From: an uncultured Gammaproteobacteria bacterium
GTDB lineage: Bacteria > Pseudomonadota > Gammaproteobacteria > Xanthomonadales > Rhodanobacteraceae
DNA length: 64,000 nt
NCBI GenBank assembly: GCA_963835805.1
Contig: CAWIGS010000007.1
Location: 19,855-83,854, forward strand
Direction: 5' to 3'
The stretch's first letter is position 1. Each line of letters starts with the position of its first letter. Positions 32,801-41,027 of the stretch are shown in pieces. Under the pieces are notes generated by a model. It was not told the DNA's origin. It saw only the letters and a program-made list of their open reading frames with translations, and did no database searches. The position numbers were made by a program, and so were the translations under genes.

Positions 32801-34227
32801 TCGATTACTGCTCAGGCGCAGCAATCGTGCTGCGAAGGGATTTTTTCCACGCGCTCGGCGGTTTCGACACGCGCTATGCGCCGGCCTACTACGAGGACAC
32901 CGATCTCGCCTTTGCCGTGCGTGCCGCCGGCAAGAAGGTTTCCTACGAACCGCGCGCCGTGGTTTTCCATTTCGAGGGCGTGACTGCCGGCACCAACACC
33001 GCCAGTGGCATGAAACGTTTCCAGAGCATTAACCGCGCCAAATTCCAGGAAAAGTGGAAAAGTGAACTCATACTCCAGCCGGCGCCGATTCTCTCGCCGA
33101 AACACGCCCAACGTGCCGCAAATTGGCGCGCGCGCGGCCGCATCCTGATCATCGATGCCTGCACACCGATGCCCGATCACGATTCTGGCTCACTGCGCAT
33201 GTTCAACCTGATGCGTCTGCTGCGCGAAATGGATTTCGCGGTGAGCTTTCTGCCTGACAACCGGCGCCACGAGGGCACGTACACGCAGGCCTTGCAGGCG
33301 CTCGGCGTCGAGGCCCTGTATCACCCTTTCGCGGCTGATCCGATCGCGTGGCTGCGCGAACGCGGCCACGAGCTCGACGCCATCGTGCTGTCGCGGCACT
33401 ACGTCGCCGCGAATTACGTGGGTCTGGCCCGGTTGTACGCGCCGCAGGCACGGCTGATTTTCGACACCGTGGACCTGCACTACCTGCGCGAGCAGCGCGC
33501 CGCGGAGTTGGCAGACAGTGCGGAACTCGCGCAACAGGCCGCGCGCACGCGCACGCAGGAATTGAAGTTGATGCGCGAATGCGACGTCACCCTGGTCGTC
33601 AGCGCCGCGGAAAAAAGCCTACTCGCCCGCGAAGTCCCGGATGCGCGCGTGGAAATCCTGTCCAACGTGCATGAAATCCACGGCCGCCGCCGCGAATTCG
33701 ATGCGCGCCGCGATCTGGTTTTCGTCGGCGGCTTCCAGCATCCGCCGAATGTGGATGCCGTGCTGTGGTTTGTGCACGAAGTGTGGCCGCATGTGCGCGC
33801 GGCGTTGGCGGACGCCGTTTTCCACATCATCGGCAGCAGGGCGCCGAAGGCGATTGCCGATCTGGCGCACGGCGGCGTCATCGTACACGGTTTCGTTGCC
33901 GACATCGCCCCGTTCATGGATGGCTGCCGGGTCTCCGTCGCGCCGCTGCGCTATGGCGCGGGGATCAAGGGCAAGATCAACATGGCGATGAGTTACGGAC
34001 TGCCGGTGGTGGCGACCACGCCGGCAGTGGAAGGCATGCACGTGCGGGCGGGCGCAGATGTGATGGTGGCCGATACGGCCGCGGATGTCGCTGCCGCCAT
34101 CGTGCGCGTCTACACTGATGCTGCATTGTGGAAAACGTTGTCCGACAACGGCGTGGCCAACGTGCGCGAGCATTTTTCCTTCGCCGCGGCGCGCGCGGCG
34201 CTGGCGCGCATCCTGACCGCTAGTTGA
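29893..34227 (+). CDS. Large multidomain glycosyltransferase (GT4 + coiled coil + GT2 + GT4)
   Basis: HGWGGG and ETFSYTLSE (GT4), heptad region, VSIVIP/FLNNDT/YYEDTD (GT2), GGFQHPPNVDA and YGAGIKGK (GT4). Confidence 0.88.
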   Translation: MNPNPPVRMCIFGATPAPDWLSAIGLPLDADIRTVAAADAAAALRTALQACPGENLILLRADTALPPFWFERLARALELPGVLVVSPLDNADPERAPLPPGQSSDVDARCIDALCFAHGRRQAIDWPTWSPLLSAWNGTALRGINPEKIRLGRLPPSIVPWRSVLLDHLYVADPLRELHGPPLPVPGTDAPPASALGELRECVAAALPQATGKLDFYPGLDAKPVVLHILHGWGGGAERFVRDLAAVDDTRHHLVFTACGNFDRRRYGETLQLLDAALTQPPLRATTLSAPIASTALAHQGYREFLDAIVRDYGVDAIVVSSLIGHSLDALRTGLPTVYFIHDFYPLWPLLHRNLDDAGVNFNATQLRADLAGADAGFEFAERDPDWWLVLREALADAALQAHAQLIAPSHAAMRLCLRLQPRLSTLPQSVIPHGIAPWPDTRALPAPPHRERLRLLVLGRVRRGKAAHLLRQVLPRLHADVELFLIGGGPEAREFFGRRGVHILINYRPAELPALLARVAPDAALILPDFAETFSYTLSELCSLGIPVLASRLGALAERIDDGVNGFLVAPDADAILTAIARLREQPRALERVRAALVRPRVRTLHDMATGYRDLLPAVHRAVRYPLIEAVPAQIAAQMRAAEIGMAQRDIATRKQQIADQQHELERRAEWAFGLDTQIQRVGASLRKLQDEFAERSAWALRLNAQLQTTSEERDRLSEERDRIIASLSWRITKPLRYCKRQLRTARMRLRFLCGRLRAIMHRTRGSLASRGLGGTIRRAADEFRRPSSLHALVAVAAPSEEFAPFTVPTNATPNVSIVIPAFNKIAYTVACLHSLAEHAGDIAFEVIVVDDASSDATAQRLAQIGGIRSVRNAQNLGFVGSCNAGAQVAQGEFIAFLNNDTVVTAGWLGALLRCFDEQPECGLAGAKLVYPDGRLQEAGGIVFRDGSAWNYGRFDDPADPRFEFRREVDYCSGAAIVLRRDFFHALGGFDTRYAPAYYEDTDLAFAVRAAGKKVSYEPRAVVFHFEGVTAGTNTASGMKRFQSINRAKFQEKWKSELILQPAPILSPKHAQRAANWRARGRILIIDACTPMPDHDSGSLRMFNLMRLLREMDFAVSFLPDNRRHEGTYTQALQALGVEALYHPFAADPIAWLRERGHELDAIVLSRHYVAANYVGLARLYAPQARLIFDTVDLHYLREQRAAELADSAELAQQAARTRTQELKLMRECDVTLVVSAAEKSLLAREVPDARVEILSNVHEIHGRRREFDARRDLVFVGGFQHPPNVDAVLWFVHEVWPHVRAALADAVFHIIGSRAPKAIADLAHGGVIVHGFVADIAPFMDGCRVSVAPLRYGAGIKGKINMAMSYGLPVVATTPAVEGMHVRAGADVMVADTAADVAAAIVRVYTDAALWKTLSDNGVANVREHFSFAAARAALARILTAS

Positions 34228-36724
34228 CCGGAACCGATTCCAGTCTTGCCTGCAGCGACGGCAGGCGCGCGTTGTTCGGCGACAGGTCGCGCGCCGCGTT
34301 GATCGCATTGGTCGCATCGGCGCGTCGTTTCTGCTCGATCAAGGATTGCGCCTGATCCAGAAACACGTTGGCCAGACGTTCGCGCATCGATGCCACCGCG
34401 GTATCGCCGGGGTCGGATTCGGAAACCGCGTCGATGTAGGCGCGCGCCCGATTCGGCGTGCCGTTCTTGATCGCCTGCTCGAACAATTCCTTGGCGCGTG
34501 CCGGAATCTTCGCCAAACCGGCCATCGCCGCAGCGTTGTTGGAATCGATCGCCAGCACAGCGCGGTACTTGTCGAACGCGCAATCGCCCGGCGGCAGAAT
34601 CAGGTTACCCGCGGTCATCGCCAGGTCGGCCTGCGCCAGCATCTGCTGGATGCGCGCCTGTTCTGCAGGCGTGACCTGCGCCTTGCGTTTTGCCGCATCC
34701 AGCTGCTCACGCGCGTCGGCCAGCCGCGCCTGCGCCTTGTGCAGGCCGGGTGCGGCCGGCGCCGCCTGCGCCGCCTGTTGCAACAGCGCGCCGGCCTGCG
34801 TCGTGTTGTCGTCTTCCAGCGCCGCATCGGCCTGAGCGATGAGCGTTTGCGCCAGCCGGGTCAGCCCGGCCTTGGCGCGCGCGTTGCCGGGATCGCGCTT
34901 GAGCGCATCCTGGAACAACGCCAGTGCGCCGTCGGCACCAGCGATGCGGCCGCCACGCTGCTGTGCTTCGGCGCGCGCGAGCAGATCGTCCTGAGCCTGT
35001 TGTGCGCCGGCGTGGAGCTTGGCAATCGCGCCGCGTAGTTCCGGAATCGCCGGATAATTGGGCGACAGCTGGGCAAGATCGGCAATGCGTTGATTGGCTG
35101 CATCGACGTTGTCCGCGGCAATTGCGTCGCGCGCCTGTTGGGCCACGGCTTCGGCAACTTTTTTCAGGCCGTTGAGCGCGAGCGCATTGGTCGCGTCGGC
35201 GTCGAGTATGCGCTGATAGGCTTCGGCAGCGCTGCCTGCACCGAGCAGCTTGCCGGCGGCGAGTGCAGCGTCGCCTGTCGCCAGCAGCGCAGCACTCGCG
35301 GTATTGCGGGTTTGCGCGGCATGCAGGGCGGCTTTGAGATCTTCCACTTCCTTGCCGCCACCGAGCACTTCGTTGGCTTGGTCCAAATCGGACTGCGCGG
35401 TGACAAAATCGTTGCGCGTGAGCGCCGCACGCGCTTGCTCGATCAGGCGTTCGCCAACCTGGTTCAGGCCCTGCCGCGCCTGATCGTTGTCGGGATCGAG
35501 CGTGCGCGCGGCCTGGAACAATTCGCGCGCACTGTCGTTGTGGTTGCCTACCAGGCGGCCGGCGGCCAATGCCTGATCGCCACGCGTGATCAAACTGTTC
35601 AGTTCGGTGCTCGGCAACAGCGAACGCAAGCTGTTTTGATAGTGCCATAACGCGAGCACGGCGACGGCGAGCAGCACGACGGCCACGGCAATCAGTCGCG
35701 AGCGTCGGCCGCCGGATGCGACCGGCATCTGCGGCGTGTGCCCGTGGTACAGCGGCCGCCGCGCCGGCGCATCGGCGATATCGTCGAGGCGGCCCATACT
35801 CGGCTCGGCGCGATAGCGCGCGCCACCCGGCGGCGTCGCCGGAACCGCGCGCGTGGCGGCCTCTGCGGCAAACGCGCGGCGCGGTAGCGGCGTGGACGAA
35901 TCGGCCAGTTCCGGATGCTCGCCTTGCGCGATTCCCAGCTCGATCTGCTCGATCGCGTCGGCCACCGCAGCCCCGTCCTGGAAACGGTCTTCCGGGTGCT
36001 TGGCAAGCAAGCGGTTGAGCACGGGTTGCAGCACCTGCAGGCGCTCGGGCAGGATCGGTATCGGCTGCGTGATGTGCATGATGCCGACCGCGAGCGAATC
36101 GTCGGCATGAAACGGCACGCGCCCGGTCAGCAGTTCGAATAGCACGATGCCAAGGCTGTACAAGTCGGCGCGGCCATCCAGCGCACGGCCGCGCGCCTGC
36201 TCCGGACTCATGTAATGGGGAGTGCCGATGACCGTGCCGGTGCGGGTCATGTGGGTGGCCGAATCGCTCGCACGGGCGATACCGAAATCGGTCAGCGCCG
36301 CACTGCCGTCGTCGCGCAGCAGGATGTTGTCGGGCTTGACATCGCGATGCACAAATCCCTTGGCGTGCGCGTAATTGAGTGCGGAGGCGATTTCACGGAT
36401 TACGCGCAGGGCAAAACCCGCCGTACGCGGCGTGCCGTCCTTGGCCAGCACGGCACCGCCGCCGAGGTATTCCATCGCGATGTAATGACATTCGCCGGCA
36501 CGGCCAACGTCGTGCACGCCGACCACGTTGCGGTGGTGCAACTTTGCCGCGATACGCGCTTCGCGCAGGAAGCGCTCGCCGAATTCCGGATCCGCCAGCA
36601 GGCTCGGCGACATGACCTTGAGCGCGACCTCGCGCTGCACCGATTCCTGCACGGCCAGATACACGGTCGCCATGCCGCCGCGGCCGAGCTGGCGCAGAAT
36701 TTTGTAACCGGGAATTTCGATCAC
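34220..36724 (-). CDS. Membrane-anchored Hanks-type Ser/Thr protein kinase with helical/TPR-like extracytoplasmic repeats
   Basis: LGRGGMATVY, VALK, HRDVKPDN, DFGIA, GTPHYMSPEQ, one TM segment, repeated A..F..L..DP.N..A..GL units. Confidence 0.9.
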   Translation of the reverse strand: MIEIPGYKILRQLGRGGMATVYLAVQESVQREVALKVMSPSLLADPEFGERFLREARIAAKLHHRNVVGVHDVGRAGECHYIAMEYLGGGAVLAKDGTPRTAGFALRVIREIASALNYAHAKGFVHRDVKPDNILLRDDGSAALTDFGIARASDSATHMTRTGTVIGTPHYMSPEQARGRALDGRADLYSLGIVLFELLTGRVPFHADDSLAVGIMHITQPIPILPERLQVLQPVLNRLLAKHPEDRFQDGAAVADAIEQIELGIAQGEHPELADSSTPLPRRAFAAEAATRAVPATPPGGARYRAEPSMGRLDDIADAPARRPLYHGHTPQMPVASGGRRSRLIAVAVVLLAVAVLALWHYQNSLRSLLPSTELNSLITRGDQALAAGRLVGNHNDSARELFQAARTLDPDNDQARQGLNQVGERLIEQARAALTRNDFVTAQSDLDQANEVLGGGKEVEDLKAALHAAQTRNTASAALLATGDAALAAGKLLGAGSAAEAYQRILDADATNALALNGLKKVAEAVAQQARDAIAADNVDAANQRIADLAQLSPNYPAIPELRGAIAKLHAGAQQAQDDLLARAEAQQRGGRIAGADGALALFQDALKRDPGNARAKAGLTRLAQTLIAQADAALEDDNTTQAGALLQQAAQAAPAAPGLHKAQARLADAREQLDAAKRKAQVTPAEQARIQQMLAQADLAMTAGNLILPPGDCAFDKYRAVLAIDSNNAAAMAGLAKIPARAKELFEQAIKNGTPNRARAYIDAVSESDPGDTAVASMRERLANVFLDQAQSLIEQKRRADATNAINAARDLSPNNARLPSLQARLESVPVN

Positions 36725-36824
36725 GTGGCCGAACCGTTCGCACCGGAGTCCGGCGCGAAGCATAACATGCAAGCCGCAAACCCGCGGCGCAACAGGGCTT
36801 GCGCCAGATCGGACAGGCTGCGGA

Positions 36825-38972
36825 TCAGGCCATGCGCCTCGCCTCGATCACGTTCGCCACGCCCGCCAAGCGTGCGAGCAAGGTCGACAACTGCTCGAAG
36901 TCGGTCACCCGCAGCGCAAAATTCATCGTCGCCAGCCCGCTGGCCGAATTCACGCGCGTATTGACGGCGAGCAGGTGCACGTTCGCGGCGGCGATGACGT
37001 TGGTGACGTCCTTGTGCAACCACTTGCGGTCGTAGCCGCGTACCAGCACGTTCACTTCGTAGGCCTGAACGCGGGAGCCGCCCCATTCGACCTCGATGAC
37101 GCGACCGGGATCGCGGGCGCGCAGGCGCACAAAGCTGGCGCAATCGGCGCGGTGGATCGATACGCCCTTGCCGCGCGTGATGTAACCCAGGATCGCATCG
37201 CCCGGCAGCGGCTGGCAGCAGCGCGCCAGCGTCGTCAGCAGGTTGCCGACGCCTTCGATCGTGACCGCATCCTTGTCGCGGCGGGGTGCACGCGGCGCCT
37301 GTGCCGATTGCGCCTGCGCGGGCGCGTGCGCCTCGTGCAGCGCGCGCGCAATCTGGCCGGCGCTTACGTCGCCGAGTGCCAGTGCGACCAGCAACTCGTC
37401 GAACGCCTGCAAATGAAACTTTTGCGGCAAAGTATCCAAATCCACATTGCCGAGCGCCAGACGCTTGAGCTCCCGCTCCAGAATCGCGCGGCCGGCCGCC
37501 ACGTTGGCATCGTGATCCACGCGTTTGAACCAGGCCCGCACTTTCTGCAATGCGCGGTGTGTGGTGAGAAACCCGTGATGTGCCGACAGCCAGTCGCGGC
37601 GCGGTTCCAGCGTCTTGCCGGCGAGAATCTCGACGCGGTCGCCAGTGGCTGGCTGGAAATTCAGCGGTACGATGCGGCCGTTGACCTTGGCGCCACGGCA
37701 GCGGTGGCCCAGGTCGGTGTGCACGTGATAGGCAAAGTCCAGCACGCTTGCGCCGCGCGGCAGATCCAGCACCTGGCCCTGCGGCGTAAGCAGGTAGACG
37801 CGATCCTCGAGGATGTCTGTGCGAAAACCGGCAAGCAACGCCGCGTCGTCCTCGGTGTCGTCGCGGGAATCCAGCAGTTGCCGCATCCACGCGATCTTGC
37901 GCTCGAAATCCTGATCGGCGCCGACGCCTTCCTTGTAGCGCCAGTGCGCGGCGATACCCTGTTCGGCATGCGCGTGCATGGCGTGCGAGCGGATCTGCAC
38001 TTCCAGCGCCTTGCCTTCCGACCCGATCACTGCGGTGTGCAGCGACTGGTACTGATTGCCCTTGGGCCGCGCGATGTAATCGTCGAACTCAGCTTGCACC
38101 GGCGGCCACAGCGTGTGCACCACACCGAGCGCGGCGTAGCAGGCGGCAACGTCGTGCACCAGCACGCGCAGCGCGCGGATGTCGTACAGGGTGGAGAATT
38201 CGCCGCCCTTGCGCTGCATCTTCTTCCAGATCGAATAAATGTGTTTGGATCTTCCGGCTATATCGGCCGCGACTCCGGCCTCCGCCAGCGCCGCGCGCAG
38301 TTCGGTTGCCGCCGCAGCGATAAAGCGTTCGCGATCCTCGCGCCTATCGTCGAGCAGATCGGCAATGCGGCGATACGTGTCCGGATGCAGATAGCGAAAC
38401 GCGAGGTCTTCCAGTTCCCACTTCAATTGCCAGATGCCGAGCCGGTTCGCGAGCGGTGCGTGGATGTCGGCAGTCAACTGCGCCAGTTCGCGGCGCTGTT
38501 CGGGCGTGGCTTGCACCGCGGCGCGCAGGCGCGCGAGCTGGCGCGCGAGCAGGATGAACACAACCCGCAGATCGCGGATGATGGCGAGCAACAAACGGCG
38601 CAAGCCTTCGGCACCGCTGCCCGCACTTCGTGTCGCGTGCAGCGACCAGACCTTCTCCGCGGCCTGCTGGCCGTCGAGCAGGTCGCGCAGATGCGGCGCC
38701 TCGCGCACGATCGCATCGACCGCAACCGCGACGCCGCCTTGCTGCAAGGCATGCACGATGCAGGCGGCGAAGGTCTCCGTGTCCGCACGCTGGGATTCGA
38801 GCAGGTCCAGCGTCGCCAGCAGCTCCGGCTCGATCTTGCGCAACGTGGCTTCGTCGCAAGCGGCAAGCGTCACCGCCTCGCGCAATCGAAGCGCCCACGC
38901 CGGTACGTCGGCGCCTTCGAAATGTCGTTGCAGCCAATTATCCAGATCGGGTTTGCCAGCGCCGGTTTTCAC
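36825..38972 (-). CDS. relA: (p)ppGpp synthetase RelA
   Basis: HAPLANRLGIWQLKWELED, GRSKHIYSIWKKM, EFDDYIARPK, TGS, RCCQPLPGD, C-terminal ACT; hydrolase HD motif degenerate. Confidence 0.93.
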   Translation of the reverse strand: MKTGAGKPDLDNWLQRHFEGADVPAWALRLREAVTLAACDEATLRKIEPELLATLDLLESQRADTETFAACIVHALQQGGVAVAVDAIVREAPHLRDLLDGQQAAEKVWSLHATRSAGSGAEGLRRLLLAIIRDLRVVFILLARQLARLRAAVQATPEQRRELAQLTADIHAPLANRLGIWQLKWELEDLAFRYLHPDTYRRIADLLDDRREDRERFIAAAATELRAALAEAGVAADIAGRSKHIYSIWKKMQRKGGEFSTLYDIRALRVLVHDVAACYAALGVVHTLWPPVQAEFDDYIARPKGNQYQSLHTAVIGSEGKALEVQIRSHAMHAHAEQGIAAHWRYKEGVGADQDFERKIAWMRQLLDSRDDTEDDAALLAGFRTDILEDRVYLLTPQGQVLDLPRGASVLDFAYHVHTDLGHRCRGAKVNGRIVPLNFQPATGDRVEILAGKTLEPRRDWLSAHHGFLTTHRALQKVRAWFKRVDHDANVAAGRAILERELKRLALGNVDLDTLPQKFHLQAFDELLVALALGDVSAGQIARALHEAHAPAQAQSAQAPRAPRRDKDAVTIEGVGNLLTTLARCCQPLPGDAILGYITRGKGVSIHRADCASFVRLRARDPGRVIEVEWGGSRVQAYEVNVLVRGYDRKWLHKDVTNVIAAANVHLLAVNTRVNSASGLATMNFALRVTDFEQLSTLLARLAGVANVIEARRMA

Positions 38973-39026
38973 CGGGCTACTTTGGCATGCGCAGGCGATC
39001 GGGACAATCGGCCGCGGGTGCGTGCG

Positions 39027-39260
39027 CTAGATATCAACGACAATGCGGAACGTGGATTGCGTGGTTGCAGCAGATTCGCCATTCGGGAAAGCGCCGGATT
39101 TAGCGTCACACCGGTATGCAGCAGATTACCGGCGGATTCCGGCGAATCCGGATCGCTGATATCGAAACTCAGCGAGATGCTGTCGGTGTTTCCTGCAACG
39201 ACGCCACATCGGTTGTGAAAGCCGCGTAAGCGCTGTCATTGAGCATTGCTCGGTGCCAGA
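39027..39260 (-). pseudogene. Possible eroded C-terminal (Ig/cadherin-like) extension of the 39261..40247 gene
   Basis: With frame corrections it reads ...NDSAYAAFTTDV..LQ/ENTDSISLSFDISDPDSPESAGNLLHTGVTLNPA..PNGESAATTQSTFRIVVDI*. Confidence 0.35.
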
Positions 39261-40247
39261 TTAGAGCGTGTTGTTTCCGGTGGCGACGTTGTCGTCGAGC
39301 TTGTTTTCTTCCAGATCGAGCGGCGAGAACAGCGCGGCTACAGCGACTGGTGCGGCAGGCAACGCGATCACGCCGGTCTTGTAATAACGGTGCAAAACGA
39401 AATGATATTGCGCTGCTGGACTCGGACTGATCGGCGCGACCAGCGAATTATTCGTGGCGGAATCATGGTCATAGGAATAATTGATGTCGCCGTTCGTATA
39501 GCCGCCGTACGCATCGCAACTCGTGTCCGTCGGGTTGCTTGCCAGGCACCAGCCACCTGCGTTGGTTCTGAACACCGAAGTATCGTAACCTTCGACCAAC
39601 GCGAAGTTGCAATCCAGCATGTTGCAATCGATGTTGTTCGGCAATGGCGGGATCGTGACATCGATCGTGTAACCGTAATAGTCGCTCGGACCCGACGGTA
39701 GATGGAACACCGACAACGTCACCGTGCTGTTGCCGAGTAGTCCATCCGTACCGGGCACTTCAAAACCGTCCGCGAACAGATCACGCGTGACCCTGCGCAC
39801 GCCATTGGCATCCAACCCGTAGCAAACCAGCGCGTCGAGCGGATCGCCACCGAATTGCACCTGACTGCCGTTGTAGATGAGATTCGTCGCGCCGTACGCA
39901 ACTTCCGACGTTGCGGGTGAGCCAATACTGGCACCGAACACGAAGGGCTGCGGCGACGTGCCAATTCTGCCGTTTGCGCTGTAGTAGACGGCATTGATTC
40001 CCGTGGGCGATGTGCCGGACGGCGCGGCGGTGTTCGCGCACAGCAAGGGGTTGGCCGTGACCGTCGTGGCCACCGGATCGCTGCCGAAGGTATACTGAAA
40101 AGCCGGGATCACCGGGGTGGCCAACGGCGGAGAAACCAACGTTGTGCCCGGCTCATCCATTGCAATCAACGTGGGGACGCTAGCCCAAGCCTGGGAACCC
40201 AGGAGCGCCAAACCGCCCGCCATCACCGCAAAACGCGTGAACTGCAT
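39261..40247 (-). CDS. Secreted beta-rich hypothetical protein with internal DLFADGFE motif
   Basis: Signal peptide MQFTRFAVMAGGLALLGSQAWA, Thr/Ser/Asn-rich, paired cysteines. Confidence 0.75.
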   Translation of the reverse strand: MQFTRFAVMAGGLALLGSQAWASVPTLIAMDEPGTTLVSPPLATPVIPAFQYTFGSDPVATTVTANPLLCANTAAPSGTSPTGINAVYYSANGRIGTSPQPFVFGASIGSPATSEVAYGATNLIYNGSQVQFGGDPLDALVCYGLDANGVRRVTRDLFADGFEVPGTDGLLGNSTVTLSVFHLPSGPSDYYGYTIDVTIPPLPNNIDCNMLDCNFALVEGYDTSVFRTNAGGWCLASNPTDTSCDAYGGYTNGDINYSYDHDSATNNSLVAPISPSPAAQYHFVLHRYYKTGVIALPAAPVAVAALFSPLDLEENKLDDNVATGNNTL

Positions 40248-40511
40248 TGAAATAATCTCTCCGAAAATTCGAAAACTGCCGCAACGGCTCAAAACGGCCC
40301 ATTTATAGCACGGGCCGCAGCTGTGATAACCACGCCGCGGCCCGAAGGTAGAGGTTTGCCGATCCGCGGCAAGTATACCATCGCCAAAACGCCCGGCTTG
40401 TTAAATCACAGTTAGCTCAATCACTTGCATGGGCTGACCTGTTCGGGTGCTGGATCGCGGGAACGAAGCGGCTACAATGGCGTGCACCCATCCAAACCAT
40501 TCGGAAACTCC

Positions 40512-40973
40512 ATGCGACTCATTCTCGCTCTCGCTGCCCTGTTCGCGCTCACGGTTTCCGCCAGCGCCGCGCCGTTCTCTTCGCTGGAAGAACGCATGTC
40601 GCAGAGCGAATTCCACGCCGCCGGTCTGGACAAGTTGAGCGCGGACGAACTCAAGGCTCTGGATGCCTGGCTGCAAACTCATTACGCGACGCAAACGACC
40701 TACATCACGCCGACGGGCAAACCGGTGTTTTACCCGCAGGAATCCGCGCGCGAATCCTTCCAAGCGCATATCGTCGGCACGTTCTCCGGCTGGTACGGAA
40801 ACACCCTGTTCACGCTCGACAATGGCCAGGAGTGGACCCAGACAGAATCCGGGAGCCGTTCGTGCGGACCGTTCCAGAATCCAGCGGTCAAGATCAAACC
40901 GATGATCATGGGCAGCTGGTTGATGTACGTGCATGGCTGCGACGACAGCGTGCGCGTGCAGCGGACCAAGTAA
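40512..40973 (+). CDS. Secreted conserved hypothetical protein
   Basis: Signal peptide, FSSLEERMSQSEFHAAGLDKLSADELKALDAW, FTLDNGQEW. Confidence 0.8.
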   Translation: MRLILALAALFALTVSASAAPFSSLEERMSQSEFHAAGLDKLSADELKALDAWLQTHYATQTTYITPTGKPVFYPQESARESFQAHIVGTFSGWYGNTLFTLDNGQEWTQTESGSRSCGPFQNPAVKIKPMIMGSWLMYVHGCDDSVRVQRTK

Positions 40974-41027
40974 TCTTTGTTGCAATACCGGGCATCTGCC
41001 GCGGTTGCGTGTAAACGCGTGTGGCGT

